From positions 1 through 56,224 of the forward strand of contig JAVRCV020000075.1 of the NCBI GenBank assembly GCA_034530615.2: DNA of 56,224 bases, read 5' to 3'. How positions within the stretch are numbered: the first letter of the stretch is position 1; every line of letters starts with the position of its first letter. Made by a program: the position numbers and the translations under genes. The stretch comes from Aulosira sp. ZfuVER01 (lineage in GTDB: Bacteria > Cyanobacteriota > Cyanobacteriia > Cyanobacteriales > Nostocaceae). The notes under the pieces were generated by a model, which ran no database searches, had not been told where the DNA came from, and was given only the letters and a program-made list of their open reading frames with translations. Positions 1-10,223 of this stretch are shown here, in pieces.

Positions 1-247
1 ATAGGGTGGCTACTGCTATTATTTGCAGGGGTATGAGTTTTCGTTTTGGTAGGTTAAATTGTTGCCCGATTCTCTGGGTTGTGATGGTGATTAGGCTCCC
101 CATGATTAGGCACAATAGCAGTGTTGGGCTTTTGAGGCTGATGACTGCTACTAATACTGCGCACGCCACTACAAATGCTAGCGTTTCTTTTAGGAGCATA
201 CTCCAGTATCTAAATATCTCTCGGAATTGATTGGGGACTTTCATCAT
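1..247 (-). CDS. Hypothetical membrane protein, 5' part only (runs off the window)
   Basis: Hand translation from ATG at 247: MMKVPNQFREIFRYWSMLLKETLAFVVACAVLVAVISLKSPTLLLCLIMGSLITI..., open to base 1, with hydrophobic segments. Confidence 0.6.
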   Translation of the reverse strand, partial: MMKVPNQFREIFRYWSMLLKETLAFVVACAVLVAVISLKSPTLLLCLIMGSLITITTQRIGQQFNLPKRKLIPLQIIAVATL

Positions 248-897
248 GCTGCTAGCTAAATTTGCAAAAAAGTTCCTCTGATGAGAACGTTGCTTAGACA
301 TTTGAGCAATTTCCCAATTGATAATTATCTTCAGATAGCTCTGTTATCCAGAACCTATTATTTCATCTATGCGCGATCGCCAGATTTTTATCTCGTTTAA
401 GTCCGATTTCCATCTGCCAGATATGTTTTGTGAATCCACATATTCATAAAACTTTCCACCTCCAAATACTGATGAATTTGATATGCACACCAAAATTATC
501 TGTCGTAATGGTTAGCGACAAACTCAGGTCACTTAAATTTTGTCAAAAGCTATCTGACTTAAATTATGCGTGATTTTACGGTGGTAAATGCCAAATCTCA
601 GGGGAAGTACTTAATGAAAATTTAACCGAACTGTCTTCCCGTACCCTGGATCTCTTTATTTAAGCCCAGTTTAATATCTGATATCAGTAATTCAAATAAG
701 CAATAATACTCATTGACATATATAAATATATGATAAATTGCTACTATAAGCGGTTATAAAAATCCGCAAATCCCGTCAGTGACAAGATGTCATCCATCCC
801 CAGAACTAAATGAAAACTTTGAAAAAACTTTATCAAATCCTCAAAATTGCATTTTCTTAAGTTTTTATTTACTCTCTCTAAAGAGACAAAAACAAAT

Positions 898-1794
898 ATG
901 AACTTAGATTCGCAAAAACCACTGGATGCCGAAGAACCGATGTTTTCACATATTCCTGTGTTGAGTCGGGAAATAATTGACGGTTTAGCAGTACATACCG
1001 GTGGACATTATTTAGATGCAACAGTAGGCGGTGGTGGTCACAGTCGCCTCTTGTTAGAAGCCGCTTTGAATGTGCAAGTAACGGCTATAGATCAAGATGC
1101 GGATGCTTTAGCCGCTGCCCAAAAGTATTTAGCTGAATATGAAGGGCGGGTAAACTTCATTCGCAGCAACTTCGCCACTTATGAATTCTCACACGGGACT
1201 TTTGATGGTATCATTGCCGACTTGGGAGTTAGCTCCTACCATTTGGATACACCGGAGCGCGGTTTTAGCTTCCGCCACGCCGCCAGTTTAGATATGCGCA
1301 TGGATCAGCGACAATCATTAACTGCGGCTGATGTAATTAATGACTGGGATGAAGCAGAATTAGCAGATATCTTTTTTAAATATGGCGAGGAAAGATTATC
1401 CCGGCGCATTGCCAGACGCATTGTTGAAAGGCGTCCGTTGCATACTACTGTGGAATTAGCAGAGGCGATCGCATCCTGTGTTCCACCTAAATACCGTTAT
1501 GGCAGAATTCACCCCGCTACCCGCGTTTTTCAAGCGCTGCGAATTGTTGTCAACGACGAGCTAAAATCCTTAGAAACCTTCTTGGATAAAGCACCAAATG
1601 CTCTTGTCCCTGGCGGGAGAATTGCAATTATCAGTTTTCATAGCCTAGAAGACCGCCTGGTGAAGCATGGCTTAAGAAATTCGCCATTATTACGAGTTTT
1701 GACCAAAAAGCCCATCACAGCCCAAGAAGAAGAAATTGCCCAAAATCCGCGATCGCGCTCTGCCAAGCTGAGGATAGCAGAGAGGAAGGAGTGA
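898..1794 (+). CDS. rsmH: 16S rRNA (cytosine1402-N4)-methyltransferase
   Basis: [65 protein letters not shown] motifs; start uncertain (847/898/940). Confidence 0.97.
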   Translation: MNLDSQKPLDAEEPMFSHIPVLSREIIDGLAVHTGGHYLDATVGGGGHSRLLLEAALNVQVTAIDQDADALAAAQKYLAEYEGRVNFIRSNFATYEFSHGTFDGIIADLGVSSYHLDTPERGFSFRHAASLDMRMDQRQSLTAADVINDWDEAELADIFFKYGEERLSRRIARRIVERRPLHTTVELAEAIASCVPPKYRYGRIHPATRVFQALRIVVNDELKSLETFLDKAPNALVPGGRIAIISFHSLEDRLVKHGLRNSPLLRVLTKKPITAQEEEIAQNPRSRSAKLRIAERKE

Positions 1795-1863
1795 GGGAAG
1801 TAGGGAGAAGGGGAGAAGGGGAGTAGGAGGACAAGGAGGACAAGGAGGACAGGGGGGACAAGA
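1795..1863. repeat. Purine-rich short tandem repeats (GGGAGAA, GGAGGACAA units), STRR-like
   Basis: Directly visible tandem units; related units occur at 8635-8670. Confidence 0.8.
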
Positions 1864-1881
1864 TTTATTTGATATTGGGGT

Positions 1882-2247
1882 GTGGGAGTGAGTCAGTTAT
1901 CCAATGAGAAGATTTACCAGGAAGTTGGGAACATAGTTGCAAATTTTGAACTGTATAAATGCGACGAATGCGCTAATGCTGTGATGCAGTGGTTAAGAGA
2001 AAATGGGATCTCCGGAAGAATTATTAAAATTCAAACGCGATTAGGTGAGGATTATATAATTAGTAAACGTCTAGAAAGGCTATTAATAACAGATTCAATT
2101 ACACTGAATGGGATTCATTACGGTGTGGAAGTTCAAGAAAGAGTATTTGATAATCTGTCAACGGAGGGATTGACTCTTAGTAATTGGCTCAATGATTTTG
2201 AATGCCCCAGTGGTGAATTTATTGTTGATTATTTGAATGAAATTTAG
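1882..2247 (+). CDS. Stand-alone papain-fold toxin domain protein (Tox-PL-2-like)
   Basis: LYKCDECA (Cys), NGIHYGV (His), VFDN (Asp/Asn) spacing typical of papain-fold toxin 2. Confidence 0.75.
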   Translation: MGVSQLSNEKIYQEVGNIVANFELYKCDECANAVMQWLRENGISGRIIKIQTRLGEDYIISKRLERLLITDSITLNGIHYGVEVQERVFDNLSTEGLTLSNWLNDFECPSGEFIVDYLNEI

Positions 2248-2289
2248 AAGCAAATAATTAGGTAACTTAGGGAAGTGAGGTTTTAGGAA

Positions 2290-2658
2290 ATGAGCAAATT
2301 ATTTGAGATTTTAGCTAAAATCAAAACTAAGCCAGGAATGTATATTGGACGTGCTTCTGTCAACGATTTATTTCATTTTATAGTTGGTTTTAAAACTGCT
2401 TTGAGAGAATTAGGAGTTGAAGCAAATAAGGAAGAAATGGATTTTTATCGGGAGTTTCAACCTTGGGTACAAAAAAAATATCATGTATCAACTTCTAATT
2501 CTTGGGCAAAGATAATTATGCTCCATTGTGGAAGCGAAAAAGAGGGTTTTCAGACTTTCTACAGGTTATTGGACGAATTTCAAAATAGGAATAAAAGTTC
2601 AGACGGGGATGATTTGGATGAAATAGCTTCTCAGAAGAACACACAGATTCCAGCATGA
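2290..2658 (+). CDS. Hypothetical helical protein, putative immunity/antitoxin
   Basis: 122-aa ORF 42 bp behind the toxin ORF, AGGA/GAGG upstream of ATG; KPGMYIG...FQPWVQKKY...SWAKII pattern. Confidence 0.6.
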   Translation: MSKLFEILAKIKTKPGMYIGRASVNDLFHFIVGFKTALRELGVEANKEEMDFYREFQPWVQKKYHVSTSNSWAKIIMLHCGSEKEGFQTFYRLLDEFQNRNKSSDGDDLDEIASQKNTQIPA

Positions 2659-2780
2659 TTTTTTAGTCTATAGGACTAGTATTTTATTTTTAAAGTACAT
2701 ACAGGACACACTACTCTTAAGCTTTAAAAGTAGGTAATTTTTTAAATATTAAACCGGATTCCTATAGACTCTTGACTATT

Positions 2781-4298
2781 TTAAATTACCCAATGGGGAT
2801 TGATTTGTTTTGGCAATTCAATATGAAAGGTGGAGCCTTCACCGAGGTTGCTGATGACGCTAATTGTACCTTGCATCATCTGTACTAATGATTTGGTAAT
2901 CGCTAGCCCCAAACCCATCCCTTCATACTTGCGACTATTACTTTGATCGACTTGGCGGAATTGCTCAAAAATACACTCTAGGTAATCTGGCGGAATACCT
3001 ATCCCTGTATCTTGAACTGCGATCGCAATTTTGTCACAAGAGATGTCCCAGACTTGGACTTTGACGCTACCTGCGGCGGTAAATTTAATGGCGTTTAACA
3101 GCAGCTTGACTAAAACTTGTCTGAGGCGATCGCTGTCGTTTACTATCCAGGGACAAGCAAGATTGATATCTACTTGCAAATCTAATAATTTTTCTTCAGC
3201 TAAGAAACGGTGTTCAGCTACGGTTGTCGAAACCAAATTCTCTAAATTAAATTCTGCTGCTTGCAACGATAAATTACCAGCTTCGACATTCGCAAAGTCA
3301 AGCATATCCTCAATAATAGATAGTAAGTGATTGCCATTATTGAGAATGCGTTGCACCATCTCAATTTGTTGCTCAGATAAGGAGGAAGTACGCTGACGCA
3401 ACAATACTTGTGATAAACCCAAAATCACGTTGAGAGGAGTGCGCAGTTCATGGGAAGTCGTAGCTAAAAATTGAGACTTTAGCTCCCCTGCTTCTAATAA
3501 TTGTAGGTTTTGCAGCTGAATTTGCTGGCGGATTTTTTCGAGTTCGTGATTTTGCTCTAAGAGAATTTCGTTTTGTCTGGCTAAACGTTCTTCACGCTCC
3601 TCCAAGACTTGCAGCATGATGGTATTGTTGATTGCGATCGCAGCTACTTCACCTAATGCATCTAAAAGGTGTTGTGAAACAGCGTTAAAAGCATGGGGAT
3701 TTTCCCAGTTACCAATCGCTAGCACTCCTAATCGTTCTGCTTGTGCTGATTTAATGGCTACAGCATACATGGAAGCGGGTGTAAAAGCTGAGAATACGGG
3801 GACGCATGGAAACAAAGAGCATGAGGGAAAGTCATCAGCAACGCACTCTATATCTTCTCTAGTTCCTTGAAATAGCTGTGCTACCCCAGTGGCAAATACC
3901 TGAGTGAGTAAACCTGATTTGGTATTAAAATTCTCATCAGATGAAATTGATTCACCCCGCCAACCCCACAGAGGATCTCCAGATTCTAAAATGCCATTAA
4001 GTTTGAGAAAAGGTAATTTTTCTGCACCTATTCCTGCTGTGGTGGTTAATTCTAGCTTTTGAGTTTGGGCATTATATAACGCTATCAGACAGAACTGAGC
4101 GCTATCAATGGTATTACACACTTCCCTAACTATCGCTTCTAATAGATCGGGTAAATGGGTGAGCCGCTGATTTGTAAGGTTAGTTAGTAGCTGGATTATC
4201 CCCAGTTGTTGCGGTAGTTGGGGGGAGATTGATTCTTTCCCCATATGAATGTGCTTTCCAGTTAAAATCATGATTACCTGACGGCGATTTGCTCCCAT
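2781..4298 (-). CDS. GAF-domain sensor histidine kinase
   Basis: H-box SHELRTPLN, LLLNAIKFT, VQDTGIGI, GMGLGLAI, GEGSTF; N-terminal GAF-like region; start uncertain. Confidence 0.92.
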   Translation of the reverse strand: MGANRRQVIMILTGKHIHMGKESISPQLPQQLGIIQLLTNLTNQRLTHLPDLLEAIVREVCNTIDSAQFCLIALYNAQTQKLELTTTAGIGAEKLPFLKLNGILESGDPLWGWRGESISSDENFNTKSGLLTQVFATGVAQLFQGTREDIECVADDFPSCSLFPCVPVFSAFTPASMYAVAIKSAQAERLGVLAIGNWENPHAFNAVSQHLLDALGEVAAIAINNTIMLQVLEEREERLARQNEILLEQNHELEKIRQQIQLQNLQLLEAGELKSQFLATTSHELRTPLNVILGLSQVLLRQRTSSLSEQQIEMVQRILNNGNHLLSIIEDMLDFANVEAGNLSLQAAEFNLENLVSTTVAEHRFLAEEKLLDLQVDINLACPWIVNDSDRLRQVLVKLLLNAIKFTAAGSVKVQVWDISCDKIAIAVQDTGIGIPPDYLECIFEQFRQVDQSNSRKYEGMGLGLAITKSLVQMMQGTISVISNLGEGSTFHIELPKQINPHWVI

Positions 4299-5642
4299 AT
4301 CCGCCGGTGTTGCTTTCCTTCAGCGATTTTATTTTCCAAACTGCTCCCAAAAATTTTTGCCTCTATTTTTGGCACAGTTTAAAAAATATCTACTCCGCAG
4401 ACACACAACGGCTGATCCTTAGAAATTTCTACCTAACATCTTCTGGCTGCTCACAATTGCATTTATCTGCCAGTTTTTTTGAGTATTTAATTGCTTACTA
4501 TCTTGTTTAATTCATCGGGGTTTACCAATAGAATTTTGAAAGTTTCTTCTATGCCGATTATTTTATCAGCTTCTTTCGATGCGTACACTATTTTTTTCTC
4601 AGTAAATCTACTGGATTTTTGCTTAAAATTTATTTATCCTTGATCTAAAAATAGTTTAATTTATGTAAATCATTTAGCAATTAGAATATTTGAATTGCTT
4701 ATCAATCTTAACTGTGCTTGCATTGACAAATCTATATGCAAAAAACTGATATGATATAGATTCTTTTCAATTAATAAAAATTATCTTGTTCATGTCTTTT
4801 TTGCTGAAATATCTATAAATTTCTTTGTTTTATATATTAAAATTATTGCCAAAATCCTTGTGCAGTGAGCTTTGAGCAGATTATTAACAAAGTTGTTTTA
4901 GAAAATTGATGGATAATAAATGGTATTTTTGATTTAATTAAATAAGCATCAAAATTTACCAGGTGCAACCAAATGAAAATTTTAGACTTTTTTATCTAAT
5001 TACAAAATTATCATTATTAATTTCTAAAAATATTTATTGGCTAGTAAATAATAATCCAAGAAAACCTCTTACATTATTATATGAAAATAAAGAATCCATC
5101 AATATATTCTTTAATATAATTTCTGCCTAACAAATAATTATCAACTCAAATTCTCCGGGTTAAATTAACCAAAATCTCGACAAAATCTGTGAATTTTATA
5201 CTGGTGATAATTATTCTTCTGAACTATTGTGCATGAAAAAACTACCTCACTTATGATGAAGTTAATAATGGTATCTATGAGCAGATTTCTACTTTGCACG
5301 TAACACTAACTTGAGTTAAGTGCCGATGTATTTAATTTATCTGTCTTAACTGAGACTTAGCTTTTTTTTAACATGAAACATTGGGTGGGGGTCAAGACCT
5401 ATTGGGGGTGTTACACCCTACCTGGTTAAACATCGCCATAACCCGCTTTACATCAAGGTTTTATCGTTAAGGCGATCGCAGAATAGAGAAATCAAGGTAT
5501 AAATTTATATATTTTCTTTATGATTGTCTCTCCAGCTTTCCAGGTTGGACTAAACAACTCTCATCGAAATTTCCCGTAAGTCAGCTAAAGCAGCGTTATT
5601 AAAACTACCACAGCATAGGCGATCGCTCTTGCAGACAAGTTT

Positions 5643-7529
5643 TTACGATGCGCGCTTATGGCGATTTCGTATCCGTTCGGGGCTACCAGTGGGAATCGCA
5701 GCGATTAAATTTTGCGTATACTCTTCTCTAGGCTCGCGATAAATACTTTCGGCTGTACCTTGTTCGACAATTTGACCGCGATTCATCACCAAAATGCGAT
5801 CGCTCATAAATTTGACTACACTTAAATCGTGAGAAATAAAGATGTAAGTTAGTTTAAAATCATCCTGCAATTCTTTCAGCAAATTCAATACTTGCGCTTG
5901 CACAGAAACATCCAGTGCGGAAACCGATTCATCGCAGATAATAAATTTGGGATTTAACGCCAAAGAACGGGCGATACAAATCCGTTGGCGTTGACCGCCA
6001 GAAAACTGATGAGGATAGCGGTTGATAGCATCTGCACTCAATCCCACCCGTTCTAAAAGTTCAACTACCCGTTCTCGCCGTTGTTGCTTTGTTTTACCTA
6101 CAGAATGAATTACTAAAGGTTCGACGATCGCGTCCCCAACCTTCATCCTCGGATCTAGGGAACTAAAAGGATTTTGGAAGACTATTTGCATTTCCCTTCG
6201 TAATTTCTGCAACGGTTCGCCTTTGAGGGTAGTAATATCTTGTCCCTCAAAGATAATCTGACCACTCATCGGTTCAATTAAGCGCAGCAAAGTTCTGCCG
6301 AGGGTGGTTTTACCGCAACCTGATTCTCCCACTAATCCCACTGTTTCCCCTGGTTTAACCTCAAAGGAAACGTCATTCACAGCCATAGTGTAGCGTTTTG
6401 TTCCCCCAAACAATCCCTTAACAGGGAAACCAACCTTGAGATTGCGGATTTGTAATAGAGGTTGCTTTTCGTTGAGGTTAGCTAATCTTTGAACTATCTC
6501 TTCACTGGTAACTTCTGGGGGTGGTGAAGGTTCTTTCGCCTGAATTACTAATTCTCCGCTTGGTGTTTCCTCTGCACTCATGTAATCGGAAACTGTAAGC
6601 AGTTTTTGGGGATGGCGGGTAAGTGTCGGGCGACAAGCGACTAAACCTTTAGTATATGGATGTTGAGGATTGCTAAAAATTTCCGCCGCTGTATTATATT
6701 CAACAATTTTGCCGCGATACATCACGGCTACTCGGTCAGCTACTTCCGAAATTAATCCTAAGTCGTGGGTGATGAAAATCATCGCCATGTCGCGGCGCTG
6801 TTGCAATTCGCGCATCAATTCGAGAATTGTTGCTTGTACCGTCACATCTAAGGCTGTGGTTGGTTCATCAGCAATCAATAACAATGGGTTGCAAGAAATT
6901 GCCATTGCAATCATCACCCGCTGTAGCTGTCCCCCAGAAAGTTGATGCGGGTAGCGTTCTAGCATCGATTCTTTGTGCTGCTTCACCAATTGCGCTAATT
7001 TTCGCTCATCAGGTTTAGGTGAATTTGGGTTAGTTTGGTTCCAGGTGTCGAGATATTGCTGTGCTATCTGGTCATCGCTGGGAAGGAGTTTGACTTCTTG
7101 CAAACCTGCGATCGCAATTTTTCGCGCTTCATTGAGTGACACCTTCTGGTGGCGCATAATCGCTTCTGTTAGCTGAAACCCAATGTTATAAACCGGATTA
7201 AGCGAACTCATCGGTTCTTGAAAAATCATCGCGATGTCGCCGCCTCGATATAGCTGCATTTGCTCTGGCGGTAACTCCACCAAATTAATTGGTGTACCAT
7301 TCTCCTGATGGCGAAACCAGATTTCCCCGCCACTAACTCTACCGGGACTCTGCAACAAACCCATGACTGCAAGGGATGTTACTGATTTACCACTTCCCGA
7401 CTCTCCCACTATTCCTAAAGTCTCGCCCCGATGCAGTTGAAAAGAGATTCCATCAACAGCTTTGAGGATATTGCCATCACTGGAAAATTCAACTTGGAGA
7501 TTGCGAACCTCTAGGATAGTTTCTCTCAT
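5643..7529 (-). CDS. Peptide/nickel-type ABC transporter, fused double ATP-binding protein
   Basis: Two Walker A motifs ([16 protein letters not shown]), two signatures (LSGGQ, FSGGQ), HPYTKGL. Confidence 0.95.
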   Translation of the reverse strand: MRETILEVRNLQVEFSSDGNILKAVDGISFQLHRGETLGIVGESGSGKSVTSLAVMGLLQSPGRVSGGEIWFRHQENGTPINLVELPPEQMQLYRGGDIAMIFQEPMSSLNPVYNIGFQLTEAIMRHQKVSLNEARKIAIAGLQEVKLLPSDDQIAQQYLDTWNQTNPNSPKPDERKLAQLVKQHKESMLERYPHQLSGGQLQRVMIAMAISCNPLLLIADEPTTALDVTVQATILELMRELQQRRDMAMIFITHDLGLISEVADRVAVMYRGKIVEYNTAAEIFSNPQHPYTKGLVACRPTLTRHPQKLLTVSDYMSAEETPSGELVIQAKEPSPPPEVTSEEIVQRLANLNEKQPLLQIRNLKVGFPVKGLFGGTKRYTMAVNDVSFEVKPGETVGLVGESGCGKTTLGRTLLRLIEPMSGQIIFEGQDITTLKGEPLQKLRREMQIVFQNPFSSLDPRMKVGDAIVEPLVIHSVGKTKQQRRERVVELLERVGLSADAINRYPHQFSGGQRQRICIARSLALNPKFIICDESVSALDVSVQAQVLNLLKELQDDFKLTYIFISHDLSVVKFMSDRILVMNRGQIVEQGTAESIYREPREEYTQNLIAAIPTGSPERIRNRHKRAS

Positions 7530-7775
7530 GGGAATGGGGATGAATTTTTACTAAATAGTTATTTGGAGTTTAACAGTGATTTTGAGTGCTTAGTGCTGAG
7601 TTGTACTTAAAAGAGAATAAATAAAAATATAACGGATGTAGGGGATGGTTTGACTTTGCGCCTCAAAAAAACTCATCCCTTACTTCCGTTATCAATTATC
7701 CATAACTTTTCAGAACTGTTATCAGTTAGTAGTCGTGGCTACGAACTCACCAACATTAACTACATAGACCACTCA

Positions 7776-8354
7776 CTAGAAGGGAATATCATCGATATTC
7801 GGTTCTTCTTCTTTGACTGCTGGATAGGTGGTTCGCTCAAAATTTGCTGGTTGAGGTGCAGGTTCAGGTTTGCTGACTTTGGGAACAACACCAGCCGTAC
7901 TAGTAGCTGGGGTAGGCGCAGGACGCGCTGACTCATAACTAGCGTTAGCCGATTGAGGACTGGAGGCAACCGGGGAAGTTGGTGGACGCGAAGATGGTTC
8001 GCTAACTGATGGATTTCTAGCCACCGATGGCGATGAACTCAGATCGAAACTGCCTCCTAGGTTTTGAATCTGCTGTACTGTCAATTCAGCACGTTTTTCT
8101 TTAAAACCTTCTGGACGATCGATAGTATTCATCCCTAATCGTCCTACCAAAAGGACGCGATCGCCTTGATGATAATTTTGCTGTATGTCTGTGGCTAAAT
8201 TCCCCCAACCGACAACTTTCAAAGTAGCTGGCGCATCTTCTGCTTTTTGGGAATTAGGAAACTGCACCAGCATTTCTGTAACTGCCAAGTTATCTGCTGT
8301 ATAGCGTAGTTGCGGTTCTTGTACAATTTCCGCCATCAAAACGCAGCTATTCAT
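7776..8354 (-). CDS. ssb: Single-stranded DNA-binding protein with Pro/Ser linker and acidic tip
   Basis: OB-fold N-terminus (MNSCVLMAEIVQEPQLRYT...VVGWGNLA...VGRL), C-terminal IDDIPF. Confidence 0.88.
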   Translation of the reverse strand: MNSCVLMAEIVQEPQLRYTADNLAVTEMLVQFPNSQKAEDAPATLKVVGWGNLATDIQQNYHQGDRVLLVGRLGMNTIDRPEGFKEKRAELTVQQIQNLGGSFDLSSSPSVARNPSVSEPSSRPPTSPVASSPQSANASYESARPAPTPATSTAGVVPKVSKPEPAPQPANFERTTYPAVKEEEPNIDDIPF

Positions 8355-8562
8355 TAAAAATCCTCCTGATAATCAAAATTGCTGAGTGGGAAGTGGGTTT
8401 TGATATGTAGCGCTAATTACTATCTATATCTAATCTATTTTTAACTTTTGCATTTCTAATATGCATTCTTTGTTTTGAGTCAGTTTTAGCATAAAAGCCA
8501 AGCGATGGATGCTTTCGCACCCTTCGCTTGACTAAAGCAAGCATTGAATTCTACAACTGAGT

Positions 8563-8576
8563 AGTATAATTGTACC
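8563..8576. promoter_or_regulatory. Putative cyanobacterial LexA box upstream of ssb
   Basis: AGTATAATTGTACC versus consensus RGTAC-N3-DGTWCB, one mismatch, the same as in the recA box. Confidence 0.55.
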
Positions 8577-8610
8577 ACTACAGTTGGGGATTGAGGCAAG
8601 AATTATTTTT

Positions 8611-8769
8611 TGGGATTGGGATGAGGGGGATGAGGGAGACAAGGAAGACAGGGGGGACAAGGAAGACAAGAAATTTTAGATTTTGGATTTTAGATTGAAA
8701 TCGAATCCAAAATCGCAAATCCAAAATTGTTTCCAATGCCCAATGCCCAATGCCCCATGCCCCATGCCC
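8611..8769. repeat. Cluster of STRR-type tandem repeats (GGAAGACAA, ATTTTGG/CCAAAAT inverted pair, CAATGCC/CCATGCC)
   Basis: Directly visible heptamer/nonamer arrays. Confidence 0.9.
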
Positions 8770-8776
8770 AAAAAGT

Positions 8777-10033
8777 TTACGTTTGAACATGAACCGGGAA
8801 AACACCCAAACCAATGAACCGTGCTGGAAGGTCGCGCAAGATAGGTAAGCGCAGAAAAGCGGGTGGTTGAAAAGTTTGATCTGATGTGAGAATTCTGGTA
8901 AATATCTGTTTTTGGATTAAGGTCTGAAATCCTTGAATGATCCGTGTGGGTAATTCCCTTTGGCGCTGGACTTTCGCTAAGTCTTTGAGTTCTAAATGAT
9001 GATTCTTAAGTGGTTTACTAATGACATTAGCTGTAACGACAGCATCTTGAATTGCGTAGTTAATGCCAACACCACCCACTGGAGACATGACATGAGCAGC
9101 GTCACCGATGAGTAGCAATCCTGGACGATACCAACGTTTGACGCGGCTAGATTCTACGGAAAGAAAGGCGACTTGTGACCAATCATGTAAATTGGAAATG
9201 CGATCGCTTAACTCTGGCACAACTTCAACTACAGATGTTTTTAATTCCTCTAAACCAGCAGCGCGTAGTTGTTGATAGCGGCCTTTGGGGATGACATAAG
9301 CAAGTTGCCATTCTTCACCCCGGTCAAGCATGACGAGAATGTGTCCTTTAACAATGCGTCCCATTCCGCCCTCTGCGTCTTCTGATTTGCGGGGTAGACG
9401 GAACCAGAGAACATCCATTGGTGGGGAAGTTTCAATTGATTCAAACTCACCTAGTTGTCTGAGCTTAGAGTGACGACCATCTGCACCAACGGTGAGTATT
9501 GCTCGCACTTCATGCCAACCGCCACCTCCGCGATAGCGTACACCCTGAACTACCCCATTTTCTACAATTAATTCTTGGGCATTCGCTCCCATCACCAACT
9601 GAAAATTAGGATATTTTTCTGCTTCTTGAGCGATAAATTCCAAGAATTTCACTTGGGGAAGCATTGTAATGTATGGATAATTGGTTTTCAGGTGACTAAA
9701 ATCTGCCAAAATGGCGCTATCTTCGGCAGTTTGAATCCGAAGTTGGCGAATTTTCGTATGGTGTAATTGCAGCAAGCGATCGCTTAAGCCCAATTCCTCC
9801 ATAATCTCCATAATTGATGGGTGAATGGTGTCACCGCGAAAATCGCGGTCAAAGTCTTTGTGTGCTTCTAATAGCATCACAGGTATGCCTTGACGCGCTA
9901 GCAACAATGCCAGCACAGCCCCCGCTGGGCCGCCGCCAACAATGCAGCAATCGGTAGTTTTTACATCTACAATGTCATGAGCAGGATTAACTGTTGGCTC
10001 TGGAGTGAGATTTTCAGATGCAGAGTTTGTCAT
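8777..10033 (-). CDS. FAD-dependent oxidoreductase/monooxygenase (UbiH-like)
   Basis: IVGGGPAG, VGADGRHS, IGDAAHVMSPVGGVGINYAIQDA. Confidence 0.93.
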   Translation of the reverse strand: MTNSASENLTPEPTVNPAHDIVDVKTTDCCIVGGGPAGAVLALLLARQGIPVMLLEAHKDFDRDFRGDTIHPSIMEIMEELGLSDRLLQLHHTKIRQLRIQTAEDSAILADFSHLKTNYPYITMLPQVKFLEFIAQEAEKYPNFQLVMGANAQELIVENGVVQGVRYRGGGGWHEVRAILTVGADGRHSKLRQLGEFESIETSPPMDVLWFRLPRKSEDAEGGMGRIVKGHILVMLDRGEEWQLAYVIPKGRYQQLRAAGLEELKTSVVEVVPELSDRISNLHDWSQVAFLSVESSRVKRWYRPGLLLIGDAAHVMSPVGGVGINYAIQDAVVTANVISKPLKNHHLELKDLAKVQRQRELPTRIIQGFQTLIQKQIFTRILTSDQTFQPPAFLRLPILRDLPARFIGLGVFPVHVQT

Positions 10034-10136
10034 AACATAACCTTCAGAAAGCCCTAAAATCTAAGGTTAGTTGCCTTTTCATGCTGCAAGCTGTTTTTTT
10101 AACTTTTTGTATCCAGGTGTAAAATCAGCGCTAAAC

Positions 10137-10209
10137 TGTCATCTGTCATTTGTCCTTTGTTTCCAGTTAATGACTAATGACCAATGACTAATAACTCATA
10201 ACCAATGAG
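10137..10209. repeat. STRR heptamers (TGTCATT / TGACTAA / TGACCAA)
   Basis: Directly visible tandem heptamers in inverted arrangement. Confidence 0.75.
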
Positions 10210-10223
10210 AATCATTAATACTC

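Noticed and set aside
6..230. 74-aa plus-strand ORF
   Set aside because: Shadow of the more plausible minus-strand membrane-protein ORF starting at 247
8502..8527. GCGAT-N18-CGC as a second HIP1 insertion
   Set aside because: Insert is 18 nt and unlike the 21-mer; equally explained as a plain hairpin
8578..8814. 78-aa ORF (GHGAWGIGHWAL...)
   Set aside because: Translation of STRR repeats
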